A DNA stretch of 64,000 nt from Tubiluchus corallicola (lineage: Eukaryota > Animalia > Priapulida): contig JAQGDQ010000130.1 of the NCBI GenBank assembly GCA_030141605.1, forward strand, positions 62,001-126,000, given 5' to 3'. A program made the position numbers and the translations under genes. Position 1 is the first letter of the stretch, and every line of letters begins with the position of its first letter. Shown in pieces: positions 11,440-23,993 of this stretch. A model generated the notes under the pieces. It was not told where the DNA came from. It saw only the letters and a program-made list of their open reading frames with translations, and made no database searches.

Positions 11440-14400
11440 GATCCTTTTTATGTAATTACGGTAAATTTTAAGACAGTCATTGCTGTTATTCAATTGTTAT
11501 ATTATTCATTGTGTCTCAACTGCTAACTTTGTATGTACACGTCTTTGCTTATATGTATTTCTTTGTATGCATATCTATTTGTGTTTGTTTGTATTGATAT
11601 TACTTATTTTTTTCTGTACTTCTGCTTTCACATATACACGGTGAGGATTCATGTATCAGTTTTAAAACTGTCTAAACTGAATCAGATAAGCTATGTTTAC
11701 CCTAAGGTATCCAACATGCTTGACTGCGATGTGTGACGAAAAACTGTTTTACCTGCCGACCGTCTCCTTGTGAAACCTGGTAATGTTTTAAAAATGATGC
11801 ATTGTATTCTTTTTGGCATCATTGTGTTATGCTTTTTTAATAATTGTTTTTTGATAATTTTTATTATTTGTGCTTTAATTGTTTTATTGACGTTGTATGT
11901 CATTCCTCCAAATTTTTATCTTGTAATGCAATGTCTCTTATTTATTTTTTGAAACGTTTTTCCATTTTTATTGTGTTCACACCTTGTATTCAGCTTTACT
12001 GCTAGAGTGTGACTTTTTAATAAAATCCATTATTTATTATTTATTTATTTATTATTTAACTTGGCTTACGTAATACCTCACTTCTCCCCTCCTTTCCATG
12101 TTGTTGCAAATCAAATTAACTGTTCAGATTATTTGCAAAAATGGAATCTTTTACTTTGCTTTTAAACGTGTAAATAATGTAAATGAAGTGAATAAAGAAA
12201 TTAGCATTATAATAATGCTTTATCCTTTATCTGTTGGTGCAGGTTCGAGCTCAAAATTATCACTTTATTTCGGACCAACCTTTAGTACGAGAACAGTGGA
12301 AACTATAGAACAAGTAGTAAAAGTACAGTGGAGCACATTTCCTGCAGATATTTGATATTTATTCATTTATTTTAGCCATAACAAACTAACACAATAACAA
12401 AAAAGATACAAAATAAATTGACCTGTGCAAGGTTAAGACACCACCACATAGTGGGCACGGCAAAAATGTTGTAAGAAGGTGCAACTACAATCGTCAAAAC
12501 CACAGAAGCAAAGAAAAGGTGGAGTGTAGCAAGTGATATGTATCATGACAAATATTTAAACACTACATGTGACATTGTCTAGGATTTTATTATAGGAAAG
12601 AACATCTGCGCCAAGGTTGATTATTGAAGGACAGAATTTAATTAACTGTAATAACGGCTCTGCTAATGAGCCTATCGATTAGTGAGCAGCAGGACATTCT
12701 GTAAAATCGTCAGGAAAAAAGTTCTGAATCTGCGATACTACAGGAGCACTCCCAATCATCACTTGAATATCTTTCATAGTTTCTTTTCTGTTAGTTTTTC
12801 TTGGTTTTTCTCTTATTCGCTTTTCTGTAGCTGTTTAGTTAATTTAGTTTTTTAGTTTTTTAATTATTATTTGTGCATGTTTCAGTAAAGTATATAGGCC
12901 TGTAAATGTCTGTAGAGAATAATATAATTTTTTGCAGCACATATGATTGTATGCTATTAACCATATATTACCAGCTTAAAAGCTACAGTCACCTTAACAG
13001 ATTTTCACCAGACTTTACAATAACGGCAAAAATACGTCATTTGCTACTTTCGCTTAGTCTGACGACGCGTCCTGTTTCACCTTGCAGCGCAGCTTATCAA
13101 GCAGAGGACATAGCAAGGCTAAAGTCACTATTAAGCCTAGTATTGATCTGTGCTATGCTTTGATTGAATCTGCGCGGATCGATTCCTTCTTTTTCTTCAG
13201 ACTCAGCTTCACGAATGCGGGGATTAGTCGACATAGATGCTGCATCCCAGTCCTGACCTGATGAACCCTTGTTCGCAAAAGAAGATGGGTCCAAGGACAA
13301 CACCCTGGGGAGCACCCGCTAGTGGTTGCCAAGGGAAGCCAATGCGGGCAGAAGAAACGAGTTTCTTGGTCAAACTAGGAAGGATGGACACCATGGAAAC
13401 TGAAAGATGACCATATTGACCATATGGTAGGAAAGAAGATGAAGACAATTTGACAACTGCACACAGTTAAGCTAACGGTAGAGAGACTTTCGTGAAGTAC
13501 ATGCGCCTGGTGAGTAGTTACATCATTTTTCAACAAAAACAGCCTTCGTAACTTAAGCATTTTGTGAACTCGTTAAAACCAAAGCAGAGAAGAATTAAGA
13601 TAAGTATCTGACTTACTCTGCAAAAATTTTAATACAGCTAATAATTCATGTTGCATTTAGCATTTTGCAATAGAGTGTCTATAATAATTACACAATATTA
13701 GACACTCCTAATATATGTTTACTATACTGTTTTATTAATTTTATTAATAGCTTTATTATAATATTTTTCAAAAAAGAGTAACCAATGCGCAAATATAGAA
13801 AATAAAACTTTCAATAATGTTTACTATCTACGGTTTACGCTTTCAACCTACTTTCAAATATCGGGAAATTTGAAGTGATGCATGATTTAGTGCTTCTTTA
13901 TTTTCTGTTTTTTGTACCTATTTCTTTATGTCCACAGCAATAGGTTTAAGTTGACATAGTAAGTGTATATGATTTCAAACGATTTACGCGCATCAGAGAT
14001 TCCATGTTTTTTCTTTCATAACTGATTTAATAATTGTACTTTCCAATATTCAGTACTACAAACTGTCTTAATTCATACACGCAAATTATAATCTAATACA
14101 GCATTGAAAACTCTATGGAAAAGACTGTGACTGCATTTGAATGTATGTTTAACTATTTTTATGTACTTTTTCTGAGATTAGGTTATTGTTGTATGTTTTT
14201 TTATTTCTGGCGATTTTAAGCTAGTGGTTATGGCTGGTATGCTATATTGGTAGAGCGTTAAGCTCTCTATCACGGCGTCACTTACCTAGACATATACAGG
14301 CTCAGTGTTTCTCTAATCAAATATTTAAATTGTGGCGAATATTAATTAATGAAACAAAAGAACGTTGTTCGAACAGAATACAAAACAACTTTACAAAGCT

Positions 14401-15245
14401 GTAAAGCCGGTTGCTGACATAGTATAATGACAATTCTGGGTGGAGCCTGGAGGATGAACTCCCTAACAAACAAGTCAAGCTTTTAATGTTAACATTTCGA
14501 CATGTTTAATGTGAAAAATTAGGCGTAAATCAAGGAATTTCGAATTTATGATTTTTGAAAAGTTATTCAAGAAATTCTACAAGTAATTATTTCCTATATG
14601 TACCATATGTTGGAATTCTGCATAACGTATAGATAAAATTGTACACTGTGTTTTGTTAGAGTTACAGCAGCCCATATATAATATCATCTGTTCAAATTGA
14701 GCGTCTGTGCCCTCGTAATAATTACAAAACCAGGCTTAATAGGACATCATTTGGAGTCATACCACGCTTTTACCTACGTTAAAATAGTCTAGAGTCCATT
14801 TTATTTGCGCAGTTTACAGCACTAGAACTTGTTCTTAAGTAAAAGGAAAACAATTAATTCTTGAGGGAAAAACAGAGAAAGGGTTACCCTAATTCAGCTA
14901 GCATATCGACAGGAAAATATAATATTTGTAGGTCTGTAGGTGTGTAATTCTAATGTTGTATCAACTGACAAAACACCTTAGTATGGCAATTAATATACGT
15001 GAAGTTATACGTGAATTAAATATTTTGTGTAAACGGATTATAGGCAGGTTAACAGTCAAATTATCCGTTCTAAATGAAAAACAAGGAAGAAGTACACAAA
15101 GCTTTCGAAATGGGTGACTTTCTGATTGTAAGTGTTTTCATCTGAAAAACATTCTATAGGAAACAGCTTGAGTTATCAAGAAATCAGGTGTTGATTGTAT
15201 TAAAAAAACAGTTAATATGCTTACGCTTCTATAATGCATTGCAAT

Positions 15246-15579
15246 CATGGCCGGATTAGAATCTTTTGGGGTCCAACCTCCAACTCGCTCACACCAGTCT
15301 TTTGAGTATTTTTACTCGTGATATATTTACCGACATTTATATAGATTGAAGTAAAGTTATTGCAAATTCTTTAAATAAGCTAGAATAGCTATCTACTGTT
15401 TGTCAACAAAAATATTCTTTAAGAAATACAACTATTTTACTATTTATTGCAAATCAAAATAGCACTTATTTCAACACAGCCATAGTGGAAAAACAGATAT
15501 TTTACCAAACGTTACCAAAGCCTGAGGGCCCCAAGCTTGAGGTGCAGCCTACACTAGCCTATAGGACAATCCGGCCTTG
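15246..15579. mobile_element. hAT-type MITE
   Basis: TIR CATGGCCGGATT / AATCCGGCCTTG; 8-bp TSD ATTGCAAT (15238-15245) / ACTGCAAT (15580-15587). Confidence 0.8.
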
Positions 15580-16264
15580 ACTGCAATTTAAGTGCTTTGT
15601 TTTGTGATATGCTTTATCGCATACGCAGTCTGTTTGGTTCATGCTGGCCCTAACAAGATGTATAATATTGCTCAACCATTTTCTTTTTGCCCTTTAAGAC
15701 GCCATTTTGTTGTCGTCTATTATAATCGCCTCTGCATGGCTTAGCAAAGATGTGCGCTAGCTTTCATCTTCAGAGAGATGACGTGGGGAGAAGCCATACA
15801 CGTTTACTTCATTGTAGCTATTGAAGCCAGACGAACCTCAAAGAAATAGCATCAGATATATTACGTCGATTCAGACGAAAAAGATTCTGAAGTTTATGAA
15901 GGATTTTTGTAAAGATTTGCGGAGATTAGATTACAGTTTGATGAGTCGGCAGGCAGAAGTAATTTATTTGATTTGATGATCTAGGAATCGGCCATTTTGT
16001 TGTAGGTTTTAGGCAAATCTTATTACGGCTTTGCGCACATAAAAAAGTAGCTTTCTTAACAGTCGTTCTATTTGACATGATCAAATGCAAAATTCGTTAA
16101 GCACGAAACTCCGGGTGAGGTGATTACGTACTCCAGAAGGTCAGACAAACAAAAAAGAGGGAGGATGAAAAAGAGAAAGAGAGAGAGGAAGAGAGAGAAA
16201 GGGAGAGTAAGAAGCTGAAAAAGAAAAGAGACGGTACTTCAGTTTTTTAATTTGGTTTTTAAGT

Positions 16265-17500
16265 AGCTATAAAATTACTGTCTTTCATGTGAATCAGTAT
16301 TTGTTGTTTTTAATTATTAAATTACTTAATAATTTGTTTATTTACTAATATTAGCCTGAAGACATAACTGTGATGATTACCTCACGAATGAATTACTTTT
16401 AATACAAAAGAAAGAATGATTGCACGTCTCTTGTTCTTTCTTTTTGTATCCTGGCAACTATTCATTTTTCACTTATGTGTGAAAACTAGTATGAAACGAT
16501 GGCAAATTCAGTTTATTGTTATGATAAGTCTTGAATTTGAAACGCCTAAGTTGTTAACTGATGATCAGTTTTTGGACAGTGGCTGCTGGGTCTGAATCTC
16601 CAAGAGGTATTTGCTCAAGAAGGTTTTCGGCCTAATTATCTCGATGCTCGGGATTTACCGCATTCTAGAAAGATTCTAGATATCATTCTAGATCGCCTTC
16701 TACGTCATTTCGAAAGACGAACGTTAAACCACAAAATAAATTTCTTAGAAAAACATATAATGTCACTTTGTACTACGCAGATGGCACATTCTTTTAATTA
16801 CGGTGTAAGCGTTTCTTTCGTTCTCTTTGCTCTGTTCATAATAACCCACGGATGTGGTTCAAATCGTGTAAAAAAGCTGATGGAACAAGAGATTGGTCAC
16901 TGTACCAAGAAGACTTCCATAGGTATGAGCGCTAGTCGACTGTGCCGACTTTGTTGGGAGAAGATCGATCGGCCTAAAAAACTACCATGGAGTACACAAG
17001 TTTACGAAGACTGCTGTAAATAGACGATGGACAAGTGGCCCTACACACAGAAACAGAGAGATGAGTGTTACATTTCAAATGGAAATCAACCTTCCAACCC
17101 TTAAAAATAATTTCATTGCGCTGATGCTTATTCTCTAATAGCATTAACAAAAAAAAACACAATGTCTGATGAATCAATAAAAGAAAAAGTGTATAAAATA
17201 AATAAAAAATATTTAGTTTAGTTTTTTCTTTCTAATTTTATATTACTTTATCTCCTAATTTTTAAATTCACGGTTCTGGTTCTTTTGTATATTTAGAGGA
17301 AATTTCACGTACGCTATTATTTTAAATGGTATATTTCTTTGCTCAAATAAAGTATTGTTAGAGATACTGATAAGATAGTATTATAAAGTAAGAAGACTCT
17401 ACAGATAATATCAAATAAGATATAATCAGAAAATAATGTTGCTTAAATAAGACTGCTGAATAGCCTTGTAAGTGTTACATGTGCCCATTTCAGGTATTAC
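16265..17500 (+). repeat. ~1.1-1.2 kb dispersed duplication, partner at ~55000-56050
   Basis: Collinear blocks shared upstream of, within and downstream of the Cys-rich ORF (e.g. gatgctcgggattta..cattctagaaagattct; agtgttacatgt.cccatttcaggtatta). Confidence 0.9.
16781..17104 (+). pseudogene. Small secreted Cys-rich protein, copy 1 (premature TAG at 17021-17023)
   Basis: CAG|ATG acceptor-like start and signal-peptide-like MAHSFNYGVSVSFVLFALFIITHG. The frame continues past the TAG (CAG in the paralogue) as TMDKWPYTQKQRDECYISNGNQPSNP to the same terminal stop as copy 2. Confidence 0.7.
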
Positions 17501-18270
17501 ATGATTTTAACGTGATTTTATATTATTATCTTTATAGATAGATATATTTATAGGTATATTTAGATATATTTATCATGTACCCATGTTGGTATTTGTACTT
17601 ATCATTTTATTAAAATATCATTTTTTAGTTTTTTTAAGTTACTCACTTCTTGTCGTACAACAATGGAGAGTATTATCACGTACCCGCGCCGATGTTTGTA
17701 TTTGCACTTGTACATAGGCTTATAGGGGCCACACAAAGACCATTGTTCTCAAATATTATAAATGAACCTATGTATTATTATCATGCATCGATCGATTAGA
17801 AGCTATACTTAAAGTTAGTTCGAATGCGCTGTGATGCAGCGAGGCATGAAGCTAAACTGCGGACGTATGGTATAATAATAACTAAAATCCATATCTGTCT
17901 TTCTAAAAATAATTAATTAATTTTTATTTAATAGACATATTGACACATTTAACTTGTTGGTTAATATTAAATTTTACAAGTTAATACAAGTAAGACAGAT
18001 AAAAGATAAGATAAGATAAGATGAACTTTATGCAGGGTAAGAACTCTTACCAGAACAATTATACATTTAAATCCACTATCTATGTACAATAAAGAACAAC
18101 GAACTTACGAACAAGTAAAAATGAACTGTATTATGAATGGTTATAGAAATGATTTAAAGATGTTAAAAAATGTTAGTCAAAATGTATTTTAATATCATTA
18201 TAAAACCATCAGATGTTAACTTGTGATTATACACGTATCTTCTTTAAGTGAAACCTATAGCGATTCTTAC

Positions 18271-18444
<174 letters not shown>

Positions 18445-19935
18445 TAAGGATTCTACTGTAGTATATCGCATGTAGTAAATTTCGCGTTTTATCTATTTGC
18501 ATTTATTTTCGGATTGTGAAAAATAAGCTAGAATAATTTAAGTTCTTTTCTTCACAAAGCAGCTCGGAAAGAGTAAGGATTGCTGGTTTCGGCTTTACAA
18601 TGTGATAAAGCCCAGTATTCAAATAGTTGCAAGATATGTAAACATCTTTTATACATGTTATCACAGAGATAATAGTCTGGTTTCTTTTTTTGCTCGGCAA
18701 AGATGTTACTCAATTTTATCATGTATGGGAAAATGTGAAAAATATATGTTGAAAATACTACATAGATTTTGCATTGATGATATCTAAGCAGAAGTTTGTA
18801 TGATCACACGTATTTAACGAGAAGTGCAAACTAATTGAGGATCAGATTTGTAATGAGTTTCTGGCCGTGGATGCTTTAAATACAATAGAGGCAAGAGATT
18901 TCTCTTTCTGTATGTTGACTGAATTAATGAAATTTTAACGTTTATCGTGAAAGATTAGCTACATACAAATAATTTTAAGGCGTTTTAAGTTTAATTTTTA
19001 AAGCTAATAAATGTCATTTTTGTCTCTTTATTGCTTTGTTTTCTTCCGTTGTATAATTTTGTGTGTAATATATTGTATACATGTAACTAATTATAATTCT
19101 AAATATTGCTAATGTACTGTGTATCTGTGTTGTGTTAATGTACATTTATGTACAAATAAATAATAAATAATGTAATGTCTGCTGTTCAAAAGCTGAGAGC
19201 GTTTATCTCATTAACTGGCTTCACTTTATAATTTATGAGAAACTAACCTAACATCGTTCATAATTCATGCAGAAATGATCAGCAGCTATGATTGCGTTTC
19301 CTTTTCTCTCGCGTGTACTTAATCATTACTGCACAGCTTTCGTGTTACCTTAACAATAACTATCGCTTGAACAACATTTCTGACAACGATAGTTGAGTGG
19401 TGAAATACGTTTTTGAATGGCCGAAGATAAGAGGGTAGCGCAATCGAATATTTGCCTAAATACATTAAATGTATTTTCGCAGACTTTATCTACTATGAGG
19501 TATCATTTAATATTCTCAACTGGACATGAATATGAATATTGAGAGCAAGCAGAACATGTTAATCTTAAGCCAGTTTCTAAACCCAGAATATTATTTTGAA
19601 GTGAAAATGTTTTTTATCTAACTCTCGTACATTGGCGTCATCTTTGATGCCTCGAATACCAGAATGATTATGTTAGCTTAAAACGGTTCGTTTTTCCATT
19701 TTTGCATCAAACTTTTGTACGACAAAGGGAAAGATGTTAAGGAAATGTAAAAAACCTGCGTTTTATGTTTTTACCATCTACACAAACGGGGGGAGGGCAT
19801 CAGAGTAGGAAAAATTGTCTAGCGACAAAGGATCTTCGAACGCTGCCTATGCTGAAATTATTCAAGTATAGTAGGATGTTTTGTTTTACCACCGCGGATT
19901 AGATAGTCAAATTTTAATTGATTCAAATTGTTTTA

Positions 19936-20156
19936 TGCACGGTCAAAACTTTTAAGGGACCTACACACTAGCTCTTGTATACGAGCAAAACTAAGATGCT
20001 GATTTTGTAGGCACTTCTGCATACGTAAACGCATGATTAAAGTTAAGACGCCTACGTTTTAGGCTCTCCTGTACATTTGCGTAGTCAAAATTCTGACTGT
20101 CTGGGAGTCCACAGTCTAATAATTAAGGCACTGGCTATTTAGGTTTTGATCGTGCA
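19936..20156. mobile_element. Possible small MITE
   Basis: Imperfect inverted ends TGCACGGTCAAAAC / GTTTTGATCGTGCA; no clear TSD. Confidence 0.35.
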
Positions 20157-20482
20157 CCATAGTTAAGATATTGATTTTTATTTGTCAGCATTACAAATAC
20201 GCTTTGCAGTCTATTTTATTCAAAAGCATTTTCTATTAAGACTGCCGGTAGGTGTATAACATTCACTTATTATACAAAAGTATCGCTGACAAAAACTGAA
20301 AAAGCTATACATCGACCGTGATACAATGAAAGAACATGATACGCCGGATTCAAACTGACACAAAGACATGACACTAATTGCGTTTCAAGCTACATTTGTC
20401 ATGACAACGTTAGACGCGAAACTTCTCCCAAGAGGCGTCTCCTGTCCAACCGTCTTCGTCATTACGTTACCAAGATAATAAG

Positions 20483-20526
20483 CTAGAACGTTTCGCTACA
20501 CATAAATCTACTTTCATCAGTCCAGT
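20483..20526 (-). ncRNA. Degenerate minimal hammerhead-ribozyme-like motif (Penelope-type)
   Basis: Minus strand reads ctgga-CTGATGA-aagtagatttatgtgtagc-GAAAC-GT-tctag. Stem I CUGGA/UCUAG pairs; stem II and the cleavage triplet are damaged. Confidence 0.4.
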
Positions 20527-21429
20527 GTCCACAGGGACTCGCTAAAAGCAGTGTATAGCAACTATACTTTCAGAGAACTCTCAGTGCGTCGTGTACTTTA
20601 CTGACAGTGGTTGCACAGCAGGTGGTTCTGTGAAGAGAAAGAAGGGCTGAAAGGGGCTGATAGTCGTTCACAGATTTATTGTTTTTTATTCATCGTATGA
20701 CGTTTTTGTTCTTTCCTTGTTTGTTCGTGTCATATTCCCCTTTTGTTCTGCTTTTCTTGATTGACTCGACAATAAACCGGACTTCTTCCAGCAACTTTTT
20801 GCCATTCTTTGTGGGAATTGATTTATGATCAACTCTGCAATCTTCTGCTCACCGAAGGCTTCTTCTATTACAGTATTAATCGTCTTTTATCGACACATTA
20901 ATGAAAACTGCTCTGACGACGTCTCGTCATTGGTCCCCAAAAGCTGATAATTTGGTCGCATAAGATCACTTATGCTACTACTTCTTAAATTTGTACTGAA
21001 CATTCACCAATGCAGTGCAATAAATCTAGTTTTTTCTCTCGGGCTTCTTGCCTGCAGAACGTTTTACCAGAATATTGTTTCTTTATTAATTAATACCTCA
21101 TCTACTTCAAGAAGGACATTAATTTACACGAAGTAGGAAGTCAGTTTAAAGATTTATGTTTTGTTCTACTTTACAAAGAGCGGGCCACATGCCTCCTGTA
21201 GATTAATTCGTATGGAAAACTGCTCTATTGTTGTATGCAATAAAAATCAAATAGAAACTCAGTATATTAAAGTATGTATCTTATAATGTGGCGAAATTAC
21301 GGCGTATGCTGTTCTATGACTGTATGCGTAGTGCATCTCCAAATATCATGCACTTTAATGCGAGCTCGCAAAGCAAATTATTGACTCGTATAACAGAGAT
21401 AATAATGCAGCTACAGTCCTTGATGCCTG

Positions 21430-21850
21430 TAAATTATTCCCGTAATAAAAGCCTGATATGAAACCGGCTTTGATGCATGCAGTAAATTGCTCGGTGAAGA
21501 AATTTTATGAAGTCTCTACAGTACAATCATTATTGAAACCGTAATGAACGAGCAGAATTGCTTGTAGAAGTTCTTGGTAATAACTGTGCAGGGTACAAGT
21601 TGACCAGTTTCGATGGCTTTCCCATTTTTTAGACCGCATAACGCCCTAATATTTTCATGATTTGTTCATGTTCTAAGAAAATCGTTTTCGGTTTCAAAAA
21701 GTTTACAAAAGATTCGGAAACTAACCTTGCTCAAACATTGCACCATGTTTCGAACGCTCCATCTTTTGAAGATTTCGTTTCGTTTTTCACATGTCACATC
21801 ATTATCATCTAGACAGAACCCAACTGGAGATTGGTTTTGTCTTTCTTAAC
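21430..21850 (-). mobile_element. Highly decayed RTE-like LINE ORF remnant
   Basis: Broken translation DDNDVTCEKRNEIFKRW ... NIRALCGLKNGKA ... HQSRF resembles the EI..RW / AI..LK.GKA / Q.GFR motifs upstream of and within non-LTR RT. Confidence 0.45.
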
Positions 21851-22956
21851 ATTTAACTAATTTAGTTCCACTTGAAAAAAGCTTCAAGTCTTCGTTCCTT
21901 GATTTGAAGTATAAACTAAAACGTGATATGAGGCCTGTTTTTTCCGATTCACAAACTACATTGACCGTGTTGAACACTTTTCTAGAGACATTAATTGGAA
22001 TAGATATATAATAACAATTTACTACACTAGTGTAACAAGAAGTAATTATTTTATGTTAGATTGTTTCAATTTAAGATCGCATTGGTGTGTTTCATAAACC
22101 ATAGGGTATCCCAGAAGCCACTTTAAAATTCAACAGTTCTTTATTTACAGTTTCTACTATATTTTTTTAACATACAAAGCAGAAAGTTTGAAAATTTGCA
22201 CAGATGAACTAAAAGATTGGACAGTTCATCTAGTCACGCTGCACTATTGAGATTTGCTATTTTTCTACATTCTTCGGGGATTTTAAGGCCTTTAGAGACC
22301 AATCTAATGACAAATCGGGGATCTTGCGTTGAAAAATGCAACGCATGAATGTGAGGGGTGAGGAAGGGTTCCTGTTTGTTGAAAACTACATTGTTAATAA
22401 TTTAGTCCATGTTGGTGTTTCGGAACTGCCGATGAACTTCACTGGTGATCGAGGGAGCTTATGCCGTGTTACTTTTTCATTTCATTTCTAACATTAGTGT
22501 TGTCGCCAAAAACAATGGGGTTCCAGTCAAGCAATAAACAAAAAGAGTTGTGTAAGCCATTTTGATTCATGCAAGAGCTTGCCGAGAAAAGAAAGAAATT
22601 AATGTGTAGTAATTGATGGAACACCCCGAGGTGAAATATTGGGGTAACTTTTGTTGTTTTACATAATATATACGAGTGATTTTTCGTGTCCAAAAATGTC
22701 TGGTGCAAAAATATTTCTGCTGTGTCATTACCGCAAATCATCCTTTCAAGCTTGTAGTGCGAATTATTTGCTAGCAACAAATTGAATTCACAATCAACAG
22801 GAGAAAATATATGGCCCCAAACATGGCGATGTTCATTTCGTGTGAACGCAGAAAGATTTAAATAAATAATTTCCCATCAGCTTCTCTTCCCGTCACTGAA
22901 TCGGCTAAAACTTGCTGCACTGATTCTTTCGCAATACCATCTCTCTTTATCGACCG

Positions 22957-22970
22957 GTCGCCATGGCAAC
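22957..22970. promoter_or_regulatory. RFX X-box motif
   Basis: GTCGCCATGGCAAC fits the GTNRCC-N-RGYAAC consensus. Confidence 0.4.
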
Positions 22971-23908
22971 CAGGGCTTCTGAAATCGCAATTTCGTTGCT
23001 TTTTGCGTCGAGAAGGCGTGCTGGAGTCTTTAAAAACGCATGTCTGCCAGTGTGACTATTGTCGGCAGGCGGATCAGGGCAAGCAATAATAAAGGGGTAC
23101 GCATGAGTTTTAAGTGCACAGTTACCGATTTTTTAAGACTGCAAGGGAGCCGTAAAAAGAATAAGGAAATAGGGAATAGCTTAGTTTATAAAAAGGAAAT
23201 TAATCAGCTAGGTATGAGTGCTGGACCTTTCTTGTGGGAGTCTTCCTACTTGTTACGCAATCCCAGCATGCTGTTCGGTACACGAAGTGGCGTGTCTCGG
23301 CAGCGACAATTTTTCTGAATCAAATCCGGATCGCGTGACAACAGCTTGCAAACGACAGCCGCTCTGTCTCTTCCATTATTGATGAGGAAAAGGATGAGGA
23401 TGCTGCAAGAGCGCCGTGTACTATAAAAGCATCCATTGTAAAGAATATCGAATGCCTCTGATATTGTGAATTTTGTCTATAGCTGAACTTTGTTTCACCT
23501 GTGCGTTAATGTGCACACCTGTAGCATACCTGTAATCACGGCAGATAACAGGTAGAATACATTTCATATAGATTAAATTTAGTCAGCCGTAATAAAGAAC
23601 TTATTGTACCAGTGATAAATGTATTTCTTTTAAGGCTAGAGACTGAAACACAAGCACCAGGTGCTATGGATAATATGGCGCCTCTTAATTTTCAAGACTC
23701 ATATTGCGGAATATAGTATTAAATGATGGTCAAATGATAAGCATGTAAGCCTTATGAAAAAAACCCTTAAAGGGAAAGAAAATTTTATTTTAAAATATAT
23801 CCGAAAAAACTTCCCACACAATGGTATATTACTTTGCATTTTGCTTACGTGGTTAAAGACTTATGTGATTAGAAAAGAAAATTCTACAATAATTCTACGC
23901 AATATTAC

Positions 23909-23993
23909 ATAAACTTATTCCAAATGATCTACTCTCAAAATGACTGGTCGATGACCAATTATTTTGAGGGTAGGTCGTTTGGAATAAGTTTAT
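23909..23993 (+). other. 85-nt near-perfect hairpin (41-bp arms, 3-nt loop)
   Basis: ataaacttattccaaatgatctactctcaaaatgactggtc-gat-gaccaattattttgagggtaggtcgtttggaataagtttat; five differences between the arms. Confidence 0.9.

Noticed and set aside
16760-17023. Insulin-like peptide call for the Cys-rich ORFs (CG... and ..EDCCK)
   Set aside because: Spacing is C-x15-C and CC-x16-C, not the insulin C-x11-C and CC-x3-C-x8-C; there are also extra CxxC motifs.
22469-22780. 103-aa minus-strand ORF (and the 118-aa ORF at 41342-41698)
   Set aside because: Non-ATG starts, no recognisable motif, and lengths compatible with chance.
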